DNA of 64,000 bases from Nitrospirota bacterium (lineage in GTDB: Bacteria > Nitrospirota > Thermodesulfovibrionia > UBA6902): contig JACRMS010000028.1 of assembly GCA_016214845.1 (NCBI GenBank), forward strand, positions 16,070-80,069. Direction: 5' to 3'. A program made the position numbers and the translations under genes. How positions within the stretch are numbered: position 1 is the stretch's first letter; every line of letters begins with the position of its first letter. Below the pieces are notes generated by a model. That model did not search any database and was not told where the DNA came from. It saw only the letters and a program-made list of their open reading frames with translations. Positions 27,666 through 37,636 of this stretch are shown piece by piece.

Positions 27666-29807
27666 CTATTTGAGCTCAAAGTTTTCTATTGAAAGTATTC
27701 CGTTAGTGATATTCATGTTCCCGCTCAAAGCCGTGCTGCCGGTATTTGATGAATAATCGCAATTAAAACCGCCGACTAATATTACCGATTTATTAAGATT
27801 TAAGTTCGGGCTTTCCGTCAAGCTCACCGCCCTGCTCTGGACAGTCTCTCCGTCAGCGGCGGCATCATAAGCAGCCTGGAGGGTTGAATAATACGCGGGG
27901 ATTATACGAAGTATCCTCACGGGCTGGTTTGGACAGGTCAGAGAATTTAAGGCGTTAAATGCATTCAACCTCCCGCCGGTCAGGACCTTGCCGGACAGAG
28001 ATGTTTTAACATCAACATTATTCAGGACGGCATTCTTTATATCAATACCCGTAAGAGCAGGATTGAATGCCTTTATCAGTCCAGCAACACCCGATACATG
28101 AGGCGAGGCCATTGATGTCCCCTGGTAACTTGAATAACCATAGCCGCTGATACTGATCGATCTCCTGTCAAGTGTTACGTCATCAATATAAACCCCGTCG
28201 TTGTGATTGATAGGATCGGCAGACAATCCAAAGCCGAAATAAAAACTGCCGGACATGTCTGCCGCCGAAGTCAATCCGGTAGTCGAATCCGAAATAAAAC
28301 TCCCGCTGGTGGTCCCGGTCCTGTAATCCACCCAGCCCCAGTTAATTCCATCCAGGGAATAATTGATGTCCAGATAATCAAAATTATTCTCAAGCACGCC
28401 CTTCCATTTAAATGAAAGCGTGTACAGGTTATCTTTTACTGATGCTATCGGGGTCATATAGCCGGCCCATGAACTTGTATTGCCACGATAGTTTTTGCCC
28501 GGACTGTCTTCAAGACTGTTAGTGCCGCCATAGCCTGTCCCGGTTGTTATTGCCCAGGTGGAATTCGTGCCTCCCCTGCTCCATCCAAGACGAGGAAGAT
28601 TTCCGGACGTGCTATTAAAATTCTGGCTGAAGATCGTTAGAGGAGCGCCGTAGCTGAAAACAGGCACTGTGCTGTAAATGTTTACCCCGGGCGCTGCCAG
28701 GTCAACGGTGGAGGCCCCGTAATTTGAAAAATATGCAAGCGCGTCGTTGTGGTCGGTTGCCGCCACGGATATTATATTGGGGCTTGTGTAGCTTGCAGGA
28801 TAAAAAAGGGTTGCATCATTATTTGTGCCGCTGTTTCCTGCTGCGCACACAACGACCGCGGGGGATGCGTCAATGGCGTCTTTCAACGCCTGGCTGTAAC
28901 CCGTGCCGCCCCAGCTGTTGTTTATTACGTGGGCGCCTTTTGCATTTGCGTAAAGAATTGCAGAGACAGCATCCGCTGTAGTGCCGCTGCCGCCAACGCC
29001 AAGAAATCTCAGAGGCATAATCTTCGCATGCCACATGACGCCTGTTATTCCCAGGGCGTTATTTCCGGCTGCCGCTATTGTGCCCGCCACATGAGTGCCG
29101 TGAGCAGCGTAATCAGCAGGGTCATTGTCGTCGCCGATAAAATCCCATCCCCGGCAATCATCTATATAGCCATTGCCGTCGTTATCAATTCCATCGACGC
29201 AGCTTGTCTCCCCGGTGTTGGTCCAGATATTTGCGCTTAGATCAGGATGGTTATACGCAACGCCGGAGTCAACCACAGCTATCACAACACTGTTTGAACC
29301 CGTGGTAATGTCCCACGCCTCCGGGGCATCGATATCCGCATCTGAAGTCCCGCCCGTCTGCCCCGTATTATCAAGCCCCCACAGGTTGGTGAAATAAACA
29401 TCATCGGGCATAACATCAGCGTGAACAATATAGTTCGGTTCAGCATATTCTATTTGCGGCTCAAGAAGATAATCTCTTAGCGCCTGCCTCAAAGAAACAT
29501 TGCCAGGCGTCTTAACAAGCTGGAGCCCTCTTAAACCCCCGAATTCTTTTTTTATCATCACGCCGGTCCTTGAATGGACAAGGGAAGAGGCCTGCTTCAA
29601 TACCAGGTTATCGGCGGCAACTTCGCCTTTAAACTTAATAATCATTTCCCCTTTAACATGTTCGGGGGACAAGAGGCGGTCAACTGCGGCATCAACATCA
29701 GCGGCATTGATATTTGCAGCCTCCGCTTTATTAAGCAAAAGAAAACAGGAATATATCAGGAAAGTGAAAATAAGTATAATAGGAGCGAGCTTTATTGCTT
29801 TTGTCAT
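27666..29807 (-). CDS. Secreted S8 (subtilisin-family) serine peptidase
   Basis: Signal peptide, prodomain YAEPNY, catalytic VVDSG, HGTHVAG, AAGN, GTSMASPHVSG. Confidence 0.93.
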   Translation of the reverse strand: MTKAIKLAPIILIFTFLIYSCFLLLNKAEAANINAADVDAAVDRLLSPEHVKGEMIIKFKGEVAADNLVLKQASSLVHSRTGVMIKKEFGGLRGLQLVKTPGNVSLRQALRDYLLEPQIEYAEPNYIVHADVMPDDVYFTNLWGLDNTGQTGGTSDADIDAPEAWDITTGSNSVVIAVVDSGVAYNHPDLSANIWTNTGETSCVDGIDNDGNGYIDDCRGWDFIGDDNDPADYAAHGTHVAGTIAAAGNNALGITGVMWHAKIMPLRFLGVGGSGTTADAVSAILYANAKGAHVINNSWGGTGYSQALKDAIDASPAVVVCAAGNSGTNNDATLFYPASYTSPNIISVAATDHNDALAYFSNYGASTVDLAAPGVNIYSTVPVFSYGAPLTIFSQNFNSTSGNLPRLGWSRGGTNSTWAITTGTGYGGTNSLEDSPGKNYRGNTSSWAGYMTPIASVKDNLYTLSFKWKGVLENNFDYLDINYSLDGINWGWVDYRTGTTSGSFISDSTTGLTSAADMSGSFYFGFGLSADPINHNDGVYIDDVTLDRRSISISGYGYSSYQGTSMASPHVSGVAGLIKAFNPALTGIDIKNAVLNNVDVKTSLSGKVLTGGRLNAFNALNSLTCPNQPVRILRIIPAYYSTLQAAYDAAADGETVQSRAVSLTESPNLNLNKSVILVGGFNCDYSSNTGSTALSGNMNITNGILSIENFELK

Positions 29808-29887
29808 CGTGACTTTCCCGGCTCTATTGATGAATGAAACAAGAAATTGCGATAGTTTTATTATAAACCTTTCTTTTGAAAATCAAC

Positions 29888-30301
29888 ATGAAAAAATACG
29901 AACCTATTGATATCTCAGGAGACGCAGGCCTCAGGATATGGGGCGATGGGCTGCCTGAGCTTTTTGCGAATGCCGCGGAAGGGATGTTTAATCTCATTAC
30001 AGATGTCTTAAATGTAACAGGACCGGAAGAAAGGGAAGTTGCCGTCCGCGCTGAAAGTATTGAAGATTTGCTCATCAAATGGCTCAACGAGCTTGTCTTC
30101 CTCTTTGATACATTCGGCCTTGTTGGAAAGTCATTTGATATAAGGATTGAAAACACCTCGCTGAAGGCAAAGATCTCAGGCGGGATCTTTAATCCTCAGG
30201 CCAATGAAAGCAGGCTGCTTATCAAGGCCGCCACATATCACAACCTGTCGGTAAGAAAGATCAATTCAAAGTGGGAGGCTGTGGTAATATTTGATATATA
30301 G
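29888..30301 (+). CDS. Archease
   Basis: YEPIDISGDAG, LF.NAA.GM, WLNELVF, IKAATYH, VIFDI; directly upstream of rtcB. Confidence 0.9.
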   Translation: MKKYEPIDISGDAGLRIWGDGLPELFANAAEGMFNLITDVLNVTGPEEREVAVRAESIEDLLIKWLNELVFLFDTFGLVGKSFDIRIENTSLKAKISGGIFNPQANESRLLIKAATYHNLSVRKINSKWEAVVIFDI

Positions 30302-30328
30302 TCAAAGAGAAATGAAGGAAGTGAGATC

Positions 30329-31774
30329 ATGACCATTGAGGGATTACATAGAATTGACGCCACGAGGCTTGAGGTGCCGAAGGGCTACAAGGCCGGAATG
30401 AGGACGAACGGAATTATTTATATTGATGAGGTCCTTGAGAAAGAACTTGAGAAAGAGGCCATTGAGCAGGTCGCAAACGTTTCCACACTCCCGGGGATTG
30501 TCGGTTCATCGCTCGCAATGCCTGATATTCATACAGGGTACGGTTTTACCATAGGAGGCGTTGCCGCGTTCGATCTGAAAGAGGGGATCATTTCTCCGGG
30601 TGGAGTTGGTTATGACATCAATTGCGGGGTCAGGCTTTTGAGGACCAATCTTGCCAGAGAAGAGGTCGCTCCGAAGATCAAAGAGCTTATCGAGGGCTTT
30701 TACAGGGACATCCCGACAGGCGTAGGGTCGAAAGGGAAACTGCGTTTGAATTCCGAAGAACACAGAAAGGTCCTTCTGCAAGGAGCGCGCTGGGTAGTGG
30801 AGCAGGGTTTCGGAGAAAAGGAAGACCTCATTCACGCGGAGTCTGGGGGATGCATCGACGGGGCGGACCCCGGCCTGATCAGCGACAAGGCTTATGAGCG
30901 CGGCAGGTCGCAGCTCGGAACTCTCGGCTCAGGCAACCACTTTACGGAGATCCAGTACGTTGACGAGATTTACGATGAGAAGATCGCCAATGCCCTCGGT
31001 TTGTTTAAGACCCAGATCACAGTTATGATCCATACAGGCTCGCGCGGTTTCGGCCACCAGGTGTGCACGGACTTTCTTGAAGTAATGCAGAGGTCGGCGG
31101 CAAAATACAAGATTGAGCTGCCGGACAGGGAGCTTGCCTGCGCGCCCTTTGACAGCCCTGAGGCAAGGGACTACTTAGCGTCAATGAGGGCTGCCGCGAA
31201 TTTCGCATGGGCCAACAGGCAGTTCATTATGTACTGGGTGAAGGAGTCCTTCATGAATGTCTTTGGCACAGGGCCGAAAATGATCGGCATGAGCCTGATA
31301 TATGATGTTGCGCACAACATTGCAAAGGTGGAGGAGCACATTGTCAACGGGCAAAAGAGAAAACTTGTGATACACCGCAAAGGCGCAACAAGGGCCTTCC
31401 CTCCGGGGCATCCTGAACTTCCCGATGCATACAAACATATCGGCCAGCCTGTTATAATACCGGGCGATATGGGCAGGGCGTCTTATGTCCTCATAGGGAC
31501 TGAAAGAGGAATGGCGGAAGCCTTCGGCTCCACATGCCACGGCGCAGGCAGGCTGATGTCAAGGCATCAGGCGATAAGAAGGGCGAAAGGGCGCTCTATC
31601 CGCAGAGAGATGGAAGACATGGGCATAGTCGTAAGGTCTGCCGGGAGGGAGACGCTTGCGGAGGAAATGCCGGAGGCTTACAAGAACGTTTCAAATGTTG
31701 TGGACGTAGTGCATAACGCTGGACTTTCAAAAAAGGTCGCGAGGCTCAGGCCGCTCGGTGTGATAAAGGGATAA
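30329..31774 (+). CDS. rtcB: RNA-splicing/repair ligase RtcB
   Basis: MPDIHTGYGF, GVGYDINCG, GTLGSGNHF, HTGSRG, HRKGAT, STCHGAGR, EEMPEAYK. Confidence 0.96.
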   Translation: MTIEGLHRIDATRLEVPKGYKAGMRTNGIIYIDEVLEKELEKEAIEQVANVSTLPGIVGSSLAMPDIHTGYGFTIGGVAAFDLKEGIISPGGVGYDINCGVRLLRTNLAREEVAPKIKELIEGFYRDIPTGVGSKGKLRLNSEEHRKVLLQGARWVVEQGFGEKEDLIHAESGGCIDGADPGLISDKAYERGRSQLGTLGSGNHFTEIQYVDEIYDEKIANALGLFKTQITVMIHTGSRGFGHQVCTDFLEVMQRSAAKYKIELPDRELACAPFDSPEARDYLASMRAAANFAWANRQFIMYWVKESFMNVFGTGPKMIGMSLIYDVAHNIAKVEEHIVNGQKRKLVIHRKGATRAFPPGHPELPDAYKHIGQPVIIPGDMGRASYVLIGTERGMAEAFGSTCHGAGRLMSRHQAIRRAKGRSIRREMEDMGIVVRSAGRETLAEEMPEAYKNVSNVVDVVHNAGLSKKVARLRPLGVIKG

Positions 31775-31779
31775 AGTTA

Positions 31780-32664
31780 ATGAAAAAATTGAAACTCAGG
31801 ATCGGCAGGATCCCGTACGCAAACCTTTTCCCGATATTCTACTATCTCGAAAAGCAATGCAATCATTCAGCGTACAGATTTGTCAAAGGCGTTCCTTCAA
31901 AGGTGAATAAAATGCTGCGCGAGGGCAAACTCGACATCAGCCCTTCATCTTCCATTGAATACCTGCGGAACAAGAACAAATACCTTATCGTGCCCTACTC
32001 TTCCATAAGCTCCTCCGGGCCCATCAAAAGCATCCTCCTGTTTTCGAAATACCCGTTAAATGAACTAGGCGGTAAGGCCATTGCGCTGTCATCAGCGTCT
32101 GAAACATCCACCGCGCTCTTGAAAATAATCCTGAAAGAATTCCTCTCGCTAAAATGCAAATTCAAACCCACGGACCACCGCAGCGTCAAAAATATCCTGT
32201 CGACTTTTTCCGCTGTCCTTCACATAGGCGACACGGCGATGCAGGAAGCGAAGAAGACAGAAAACAGAAGACAGAAGACAGAAGACAGAAAAAAGAAAAC
32301 AAATAATAGTCTGGCATCTGAGGTCTGTCTTCTGGGTTCTGAGCCGCTTTTCATCTACGACCTTGGAGAGCTGTGGTTTAAATACACGGGACTTCCATTT
32401 GTGTTTGCCCTGTGGGTTGTAACGAAAGATGCTGTTGAGGAGAAAAAAGAGCTTATCAAAAAACTCTCCTCGGAATTAAGGAACGCAAAAAAGTACGCAG
32501 GTAAAAAATTCCCGCTGATAGCAAAAGACGCCCCTCAAAATAAATGGCTGACGGAAAAAGAACTTATTGACTACTGGAAGACCATCTCCTATGACTTCAC
32601 TGAAAAACACCTTGAGGGCCTGCGGCTGTTCGAGAAGTACGCATTGAAATTATCCGGCAAGTAA
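31780..32664 (+). CDS. mqnA: Chorismate dehydratase MqnA (futalosine menaquinone pathway) with repeat-derived insertion
   Basis: IGRIPYANLFP, SSIEY, SETS.ALL, IGD.A, YDLGELW..YTGLPFVFALW. Confidence 0.85.
   Translation: MKKLKLRIGRIPYANLFPIFYYLEKQCNHSAYRFVKGVPSKVNKMLREGKLDISPSSSIEYLRNKNKYLIVPYSSISSSGPIKSILLFSKYPLNELGGKAIALSSASETSTALLKIILKEFLSLKCKFKPTDHRSVKNILSTFSAVLHIGDTAMQEAKKTENRRQKTEDRKKKTNNSLASEVCLLGSEPLFIYDLGELWFKYTGLPFVFALWVVTKDAVEEKKELIKKLSSELRNAKKYAGKKFPLIAKDAPQNKWLTEKELIDYWKTISYDFTEKHLEGLRLFEKYALKLSGK
32252..32344. repeat. Intragenic inverted heptamer arrays (AGAAGAC)n ... (TCTGnnn)n
   Basis: agaagacagaaaacagaagacagaagacagaagacagaa ... tctggcatctgaggtctgtcttctgggttctgag. Confidence 0.8.
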
Positions 32665-32808
32665 CCCAGTTAAACATTCTCCCTCCTATTCTTTACAAAC
32701 TTAGGGAACTCACTTGAAATGCCGATAAGAGCTTAGGTTTGTCCTTAGGGCTGACTAAGGGTGAGCATATTTACTTGATGAAATATCTCGTAAAAAAATG
32801 AGAGAAAG

Positions 32809-35601
32809 ATGAAGTTAGCTCATAAATTGACTATTGGGTTCCTGGCGGTCGCCTTGCTGATATGGACTACCGGTTATTTGATCATTGATATCAGCAGAAA
32901 GACACTGGAAGAGCTTTTCGTTGATAACGCCGAATCCCTGTCTAAAGAGATCCTCTCAGCCCTTGAAAAAGAAATTTATAACAAGGTCGAGGTATTCCGC
33001 GAATATTCCAGGGACATATTTGTTCCCCGGACGTTGATAAAATCAAACCGCGAGTTTGAGAAGCTCGGAAACATTCAACAATTCCTCGAACAAAAAAATG
33101 CGGAGTGGAAAAACACTCCTGAAAATGCTGAAACTCCGTTTATGCGCAGTCTCACAGAAAACGATCTATCGGAGGAATTAAAAGAGAAAACGGAATACTA
33201 CAGGGAGAGATACGGCCACAATATCTTCAGCGAAGTATTTTTTACGAATAAATACGGGGCTGTTGTCGCCATGACCAATAGAACAGAGGACTACAGGCAG
33301 GATGATGAAGAATGGTGGCAGGCCGCAAAGAAGAACGGGCTATATGTTGAAGACGTTAAATATGATAAAAGCGCTAATGATTATTGCATAAGTGTCGGCT
33401 TGAGGATTGACGATGAAGACGGCAATTTCCTCGGAGCAATGAAATTCCTGCTGAGCGCCAAACAGATCACAGCCACATTAAATAATTTAAAAACCTATAT
33501 ACAAAATGAGCAGGACAGGCATAATGTGAAAGTCAGGCTTATCACTCATGACAAGAAATTAATTTACTCCTCAGAAAAAGGCGACAGGCTTTTTCAGGAT
33601 TTTTTTCATTCCTTTAAACCGGGCCTGTTTCAGGAAATACAAAAGACCAGGGCCTTAAGCGCCGAACACGACGGGAGACTGTCCGTGTATATTCAGGCAC
33701 AGGACTACAAAGACATTAAAGGCCTGGGATGGATATTAATTACGGACTATGACGCGGAGGAAGTATTTGCTCCTGTCATCGAATTGCGGAACAAGATCTC
33801 ATTTATCTCCCTGAGCATCACACTGTTTGCAGTTGTCCTGGGCGTTTTCATGTCCTCACGCATTACAAAATCAATCCTGAAGCTGCGGGACACCGCGATC
33901 AAATTCGGCAAGGGCGAACAGGATGTGAAAATTGACATTAACTCTCACGACGAGATCGGCGAGCTGGCGGACGCCTTCAACCAGATGAGGGAGGACCTGA
34001 AGATGACGGCAATGGTGCGGGACAAACTGACTGAAGACCTGCAGGAAGGCGAGGAGAGGCTGCGCTCGGTAATAGAAACTGCCAACGACGCCATCGCGTC
34101 TTTTGACAGCGAAGGCAGGGTCATTTTCTGGAATGCGACCGCTGAAAGGATTTTCGGGTACACCACCGATGAGGCCGTGGGCAGGCATATCACAGGCTTC
34201 ATGTCAAAGCAGTTCCACGACTTCTGTCAAAAAGAACTGGCCCCGGCAGTTGTATTGGAAAACGAGGACATTATCGGCAAGACAGTCGAGATTACCGGTC
34301 AAAAAAAAGACGGCCGGGAATTCCCCGCCGAACTCTCCATTGCGATATGGAGGAAGAAAGGGGAAACTTTTTTTACCGCAATATTCAGGGACATAACAGA
34401 CCGCAAGCATTCGGAAGAATTAATCGGGCTTCAGCTTAACCGCCTCAATGTGCTGCATTCAATTGAGAAAGCGGTCAACTCCAGTATCGACCTGCATTCA
34501 ACTCTCGACATCCTTACAGACCAGATCACAACGCAATTAGGCATTGACGCCGTTTCGGTTTTACTGCTGAACAAACACACTCAATCGCTTGACCATGTCA
34601 TCAACAAAGGTTTCCGCTCAAGCGCGCTTAAACACACACATCTCAGACTGGGAGAGGGCAATGCGGGCCGGGCCGCTGTTGAACAGCGCATCATCGGCAT
34701 CGCAAATCTCGTGCAGGAACCCGACGGCTTTGTGCGGTCAAGGTTGTTTCCCGATGAGAAATTTGTCTCATATTTCGCCGTCCCTCTTATTGCCAAGGGC
34801 GATGTAAAAGGCGTATTGGAGTTGTTTTACCGCAGCCAGTTCGATGCCAATCCTGATTGGCTGGATTTTCTCGACACCATTGCCGACCAGGCTGCCATCG
34901 CCATTGACCATGCCTCGCTGTTCAATGACCTCCAGCATTCACGCAATGAACTTATACTCGCTTATGACAGCACCATTGTGGGATGGTCCACCGCGCTTGA
35001 TATGAGGGACAAAGAGACAGAAGGTCATTCACTCAGAGTGACCGATCTGACCACTCGCATAGCTATGGAAATAGGGATAAGCGGAGACGAGCTCGTGCAT
35101 ATCAGAAGGGGAGCCCTCCTGCATGATATCGGGAAGATGGGAATTCCCGACAACATCCTTCTTAAGCCCGGTAAATTAACGGATGAGGAATGGGTAATAA
35201 TGAAACGCCATCCTCTTTACGCCTATGACATGCTTAGCGGAACAGACTACTTAAGACCGGCCCTCGACATCCCATTATATCATCATGAGAAATGGGACGG
35301 ATCGGGATACCCCAAGGGCCTGGAAGGCAAGGCCATCCCCCTTGCGGCAAGGATATTCGCGGTAGTTGATGTGTGGGACGCGTTAACGTCAAACCGTCCT
35401 TACCGGCCTGCGTGGGCCAAAGAGAAAACCCTCGCATACATCCGCTCACAGGCAGGCACACACTTTGACCCTGAAGTAGTGGAAGTCTTTATGAAAATGG
35501 CGTACAATAATTACCCGCAGGAAGAACCGCAGCTTGGGCCGCATGACGGCTTGCTGCCTCCGGCAAGCACAAAGCCTTCTTTATCGCCTTCAACAATATA
35601 A
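32809..35601 (+). CDS. Membrane HD-GYP phosphodiesterase with Cache-like, HAMP, PAS and GAF domains
   Basis: DYRQDDEEWWQ, DEIGELADAFNQM, WNATAERIFGY, GAF VPLIAKG, LHDIGK, HHEKWDGSGYP. Confidence 0.92.
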   Translation: MKLAHKLTIGFLAVALLIWTTGYLIIDISRKTLEELFVDNAESLSKEILSALEKEIYNKVEVFREYSRDIFVPRTLIKSNREFEKLGNIQQFLEQKNAEWKNTPENAETPFMRSLTENDLSEELKEKTEYYRERYGHNIFSEVFFTNKYGAVVAMTNRTEDYRQDDEEWWQAAKKNGLYVEDVKYDKSANDYCISVGLRIDDEDGNFLGAMKFLLSAKQITATLNNLKTYIQNEQDRHNVKVRLITHDKKLIYSSEKGDRLFQDFFHSFKPGLFQEIQKTRALSAEHDGRLSVYIQAQDYKDIKGLGWILITDYDAEEVFAPVIELRNKISFISLSITLFAVVLGVFMSSRITKSILKLRDTAIKFGKGEQDVKIDINSHDEIGELADAFNQMREDLKMTAMVRDKLTEDLQEGEERLRSVIETANDAIASFDSEGRVIFWNATAERIFGYTTDEAVGRHITGFMSKQFHDFCQKELAPAVVLENEDIIGKTVEITGQKKDGREFPAELSIAIWRKKGETFFTAIFRDITDRKHSEELIGLQLNRLNVLHSIEKAVNSSIDLHSTLDILTDQITTQLGIDAVSVLLLNKHTQSLDHVINKGFRSSALKHTHLRLGEGNAGRAAVEQRIIGIANLVQEPDGFVRSRLFPDEKFVSYFAVPLIAKGDVKGVLELFYRSQFDANPDWLDFLDTIADQAAIAIDHASLFNDLQHSRNELILAYDSTIVGWSTALDMRDKETEGHSLRVTDLTTRIAMEIGISGDELVHIRRGALLHDIGKMGIPDNILLKPGKLTDEEWVIMKRHPLYAYDMLSGTDYLRPALDIPLYHHEKWDGSGYPKGLEGKAIPLAARIFAVVDVWDALTSNRPYRPAWAKEKTLAYIRSQAGTHFDPEVVEVFMKMAYNNYPQEEPQLGPHDGLLPPASTKPSLSPSTI

Positions 35602-35834
35602 TCGAATTTCATACCCTCAAGTTTTTCATATGTCTCGGCATCCATAAAAATCTTGAGGCCGTTCTGCTCCACAACCTTATCGCCGCTTTCAGGCGCCTCG
35701 ACAATATCAATCCCGTATGAGGGGCCGCAGCAGCTGCTGCCTGCCATAAAAAACTTGAGTCCCCAGGTAGCCTTTCCTTCTGTAATCAGAATCTCCTTTG
35801 CCTTCTCTGCGGCTGCATCTGTAATTGTAACCAT
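35511..35834 (-). CDS. HesB/IscA-family iron-sulfur cluster assembly accessory protein
   Basis: ITDAAAEK, GSSCCGPSYG, LEGMKFDY, GF, C-terminal SCGPSCGSSCG; AGGAGG RBS. Confidence 0.85.
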   Translation of the reverse strand: MVTITDAAAEKAKEILITEGKATWGLKFFMAGSSCCGPSYGIDIVEAPESGDKVVEQNGLKIFMDAETYEKLEGMKFDYIVEGDKEGFVLAGGSKPSCGPSCGSSCG

Positions 35835-35950
35835 TTAAAAAAATCCTCCTTATTTCCTGCCCCTCAAAAAACGGACATTCTTGAGACGCTGTTTCATTTC
35901 TTTTTAGAGTAAAGGAAATGCACCTGAAAAATCAAACTGCCTGAATCACC

Positions 35951-35980
35951 AGTAGGGGCGAACGGCCGTTCGCCCCTACT
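35951..35980. repeat. GTAG-type REP palindrome
   Basis: agtaggggcgaacggccgttcgcccctact, a perfect palindrome; relative at 53023-53052. Confidence 0.75.
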
Positions 35981-36099
35981 GCAAAATCGTTGTCACATTC
36001 CGGGCAGCATTGCCGAACCGCCGGTTTTCCTGTTAACATGTCAAATCGCAAAATTACTTAATTCATAGCTCCGAGGCAAGAGAAAAAGAGATAGGAAAT

Positions 36100-37110
36100 G
36101 TGTCGATAAAAGCTGAAACGAACGTGCAAACACAGCCGCAAGCGATACAGATCCGCGATCTGCTTATCGGTCCGCCGCTTCTCCTTGCGCCGATGGCAGG
36201 CCTTACCCACAGCGCCATCCGGCGGATAATGATCGGCTTCGGCGGGGTCGGCCTTTTGTCGACCGAAATGCTCTCGGTTAAAAGCGTACCCGTGGAAAAT
36301 CCCCGCATCTCTCCGTATCTGATCAGGACCGAAAGGGAAAGCCCGCTTTCCTATCAGCTCCTGACTTCCAATCACCAGGAGATAGGCCGGGCCATTGATG
36401 CCCTTCACAAATTAAAGGCTGACGCTGTTGATTTAAACATGGGCTGCCCATCTACAGCGGTCGGCAAGTTCGGCGCTGGCGTAATTCTGATGGAGCGGCC
36501 GGATGAGGCCCGCCGAATAGTGGCCGAGGCCAGAAAACGCACCGCCTTGCCCCTGAGTGTGAAGATCCGTCTGGGCAGAGAGGCCGACAGCGGGAAATTA
36601 AAGACGTTCTGCTCTATGCTCGAAGGTGAGGGCATTGATATGCTTACGGTGCATGCCCGGTTCAAGCATGAACCCTTTGCAAGAAATCCGCGGTGGGAGT
36701 ATATAGCCGAAATAAAAGACTACATTAAGATACCCGTTATCGCCAATGGAGGAATTTTCTCGGTAGAGGATGCGGAAAAATGTCTGAGGGTATCACGAGC
36801 CGACGGATTGATGCTCGGACAGGGGGCGGTGATAAGGCCCTGGCTCTTCTCGGAAATTGCCGGGGCTGTATACGGCGTCGATATCCCGAAGCCGATTGTT
36901 TCGTTGCCCGATATTTACACGGCCTTTATCGAAGCCTTGAACGCCGATTATCGCCCGATATACCGCCTGGGCAGGCTGAAGGCATTTACCCACTACTTCG
37001 CCAGGAATTATAAATTCGGACACTCTCTGGCTTGCAAAGTCCAGTCAAGCAGCAGTATGGATGAAGCAAGGGAACGGGCCGGGACGTTCTTTGCGAACAG
37101 CAAAGAGTAG
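36100..37110 (+). CDS. tRNA-dihydrouridine synthase family protein
   Basis: LAPMAGLT, TEM, DLNMGCP, SVKIRLG, TVHAR, IANGGI. Confidence 0.92.
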   Translation: MSIKAETNVQTQPQAIQIRDLLIGPPLLLAPMAGLTHSAIRRIMIGFGGVGLLSTEMLSVKSVPVENPRISPYLIRTERESPLSYQLLTSNHQEIGRAIDALHKLKADAVDLNMGCPSTAVGKFGAGVILMERPDEARRIVAEARKRTALPLSVKIRLGREADSGKLKTFCSMLEGEGIDMLTVHARFKHEPFARNPRWEYIAEIKDYIKIPVIANGGIFSVEDAEKCLRVSRADGLMLGQGAVIRPWLFSEIAGAVYGVDIPKPIVSLPDIYTAFIEALNADYRPIYRLGRLKAFTHYFARNYKFGHSLACKVQSSSSMDEARERAGTFFANSKE

Positions 37111-37138
37111 ACCTGACACCACCCAAACCTTGGGTGGG

Positions 37139-37369
37139 TTACTCACTGATCTCATCCTTGTGCCTCAGATATAAGGCTTCGACTTTATTCCTGGCCCAGG
37201 GGGTCCTTCTCAAGAAGTGCAGACTGGATTTGATGCTCGGATCATTATTGAAACATCTGATGCGGATAAGTCTTCCCATTTTCTCCCAGCCAAGAAGTTC
37301 TACCAGCCGGGTCAGCATCATTTCTAAAGTGATGCCGTGAAGAGGATCGTTGGATTGTTGCTTAGTCAT
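37139..37369 (-). CDS. VF530/DUF2132-family small DNA-binding protein
   Basis: [13 protein letters not shown]...GW..., [29 protein letters not shown]. Confidence 0.88.
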   Translation of the reverse strand: MTKQQSNDPLHGITLEMMLTRLVELLGWEKMGRLIRIRCFNNDPSIKSSLHFLRRTPWARNKVEALYLRHKDEISE

Positions 37370-37636
37370 GTTTCAGCCCTAATAGATCATTTCAGTTTTC
37401 AATAACGTTTCTAAAAGTATACACTTAGCAGCTCTAAAATCTCGACGCGCATATGCCCAAGGGGAGATATAGGGCATCGATCGTAGACACCCCTCTGTGA
37501 AACGCTAAAATTAAAGACCTGAACCTCCAATACCTCGTATGTTATAATCAACCGTTATTACGGGGACTCAGGCTGTAGTTTTTTCTAAAAAGCCATTTGA
37601 ACATTCAAGCGTTTAATATCTTTTTATGAATGGGGC

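Noticed and set aside
32700..32760. CTTAGG-like repeats upstream of the HD-GYP gene as a regulator site
   Set aside because: Short with irregular spacing and no cognate regulator identifiable; too weak to call
36100..37110. dus gene as attachment site of an integrase-driven island
   Set aside because: No integrase and no duplicated dus fragment seen in the window
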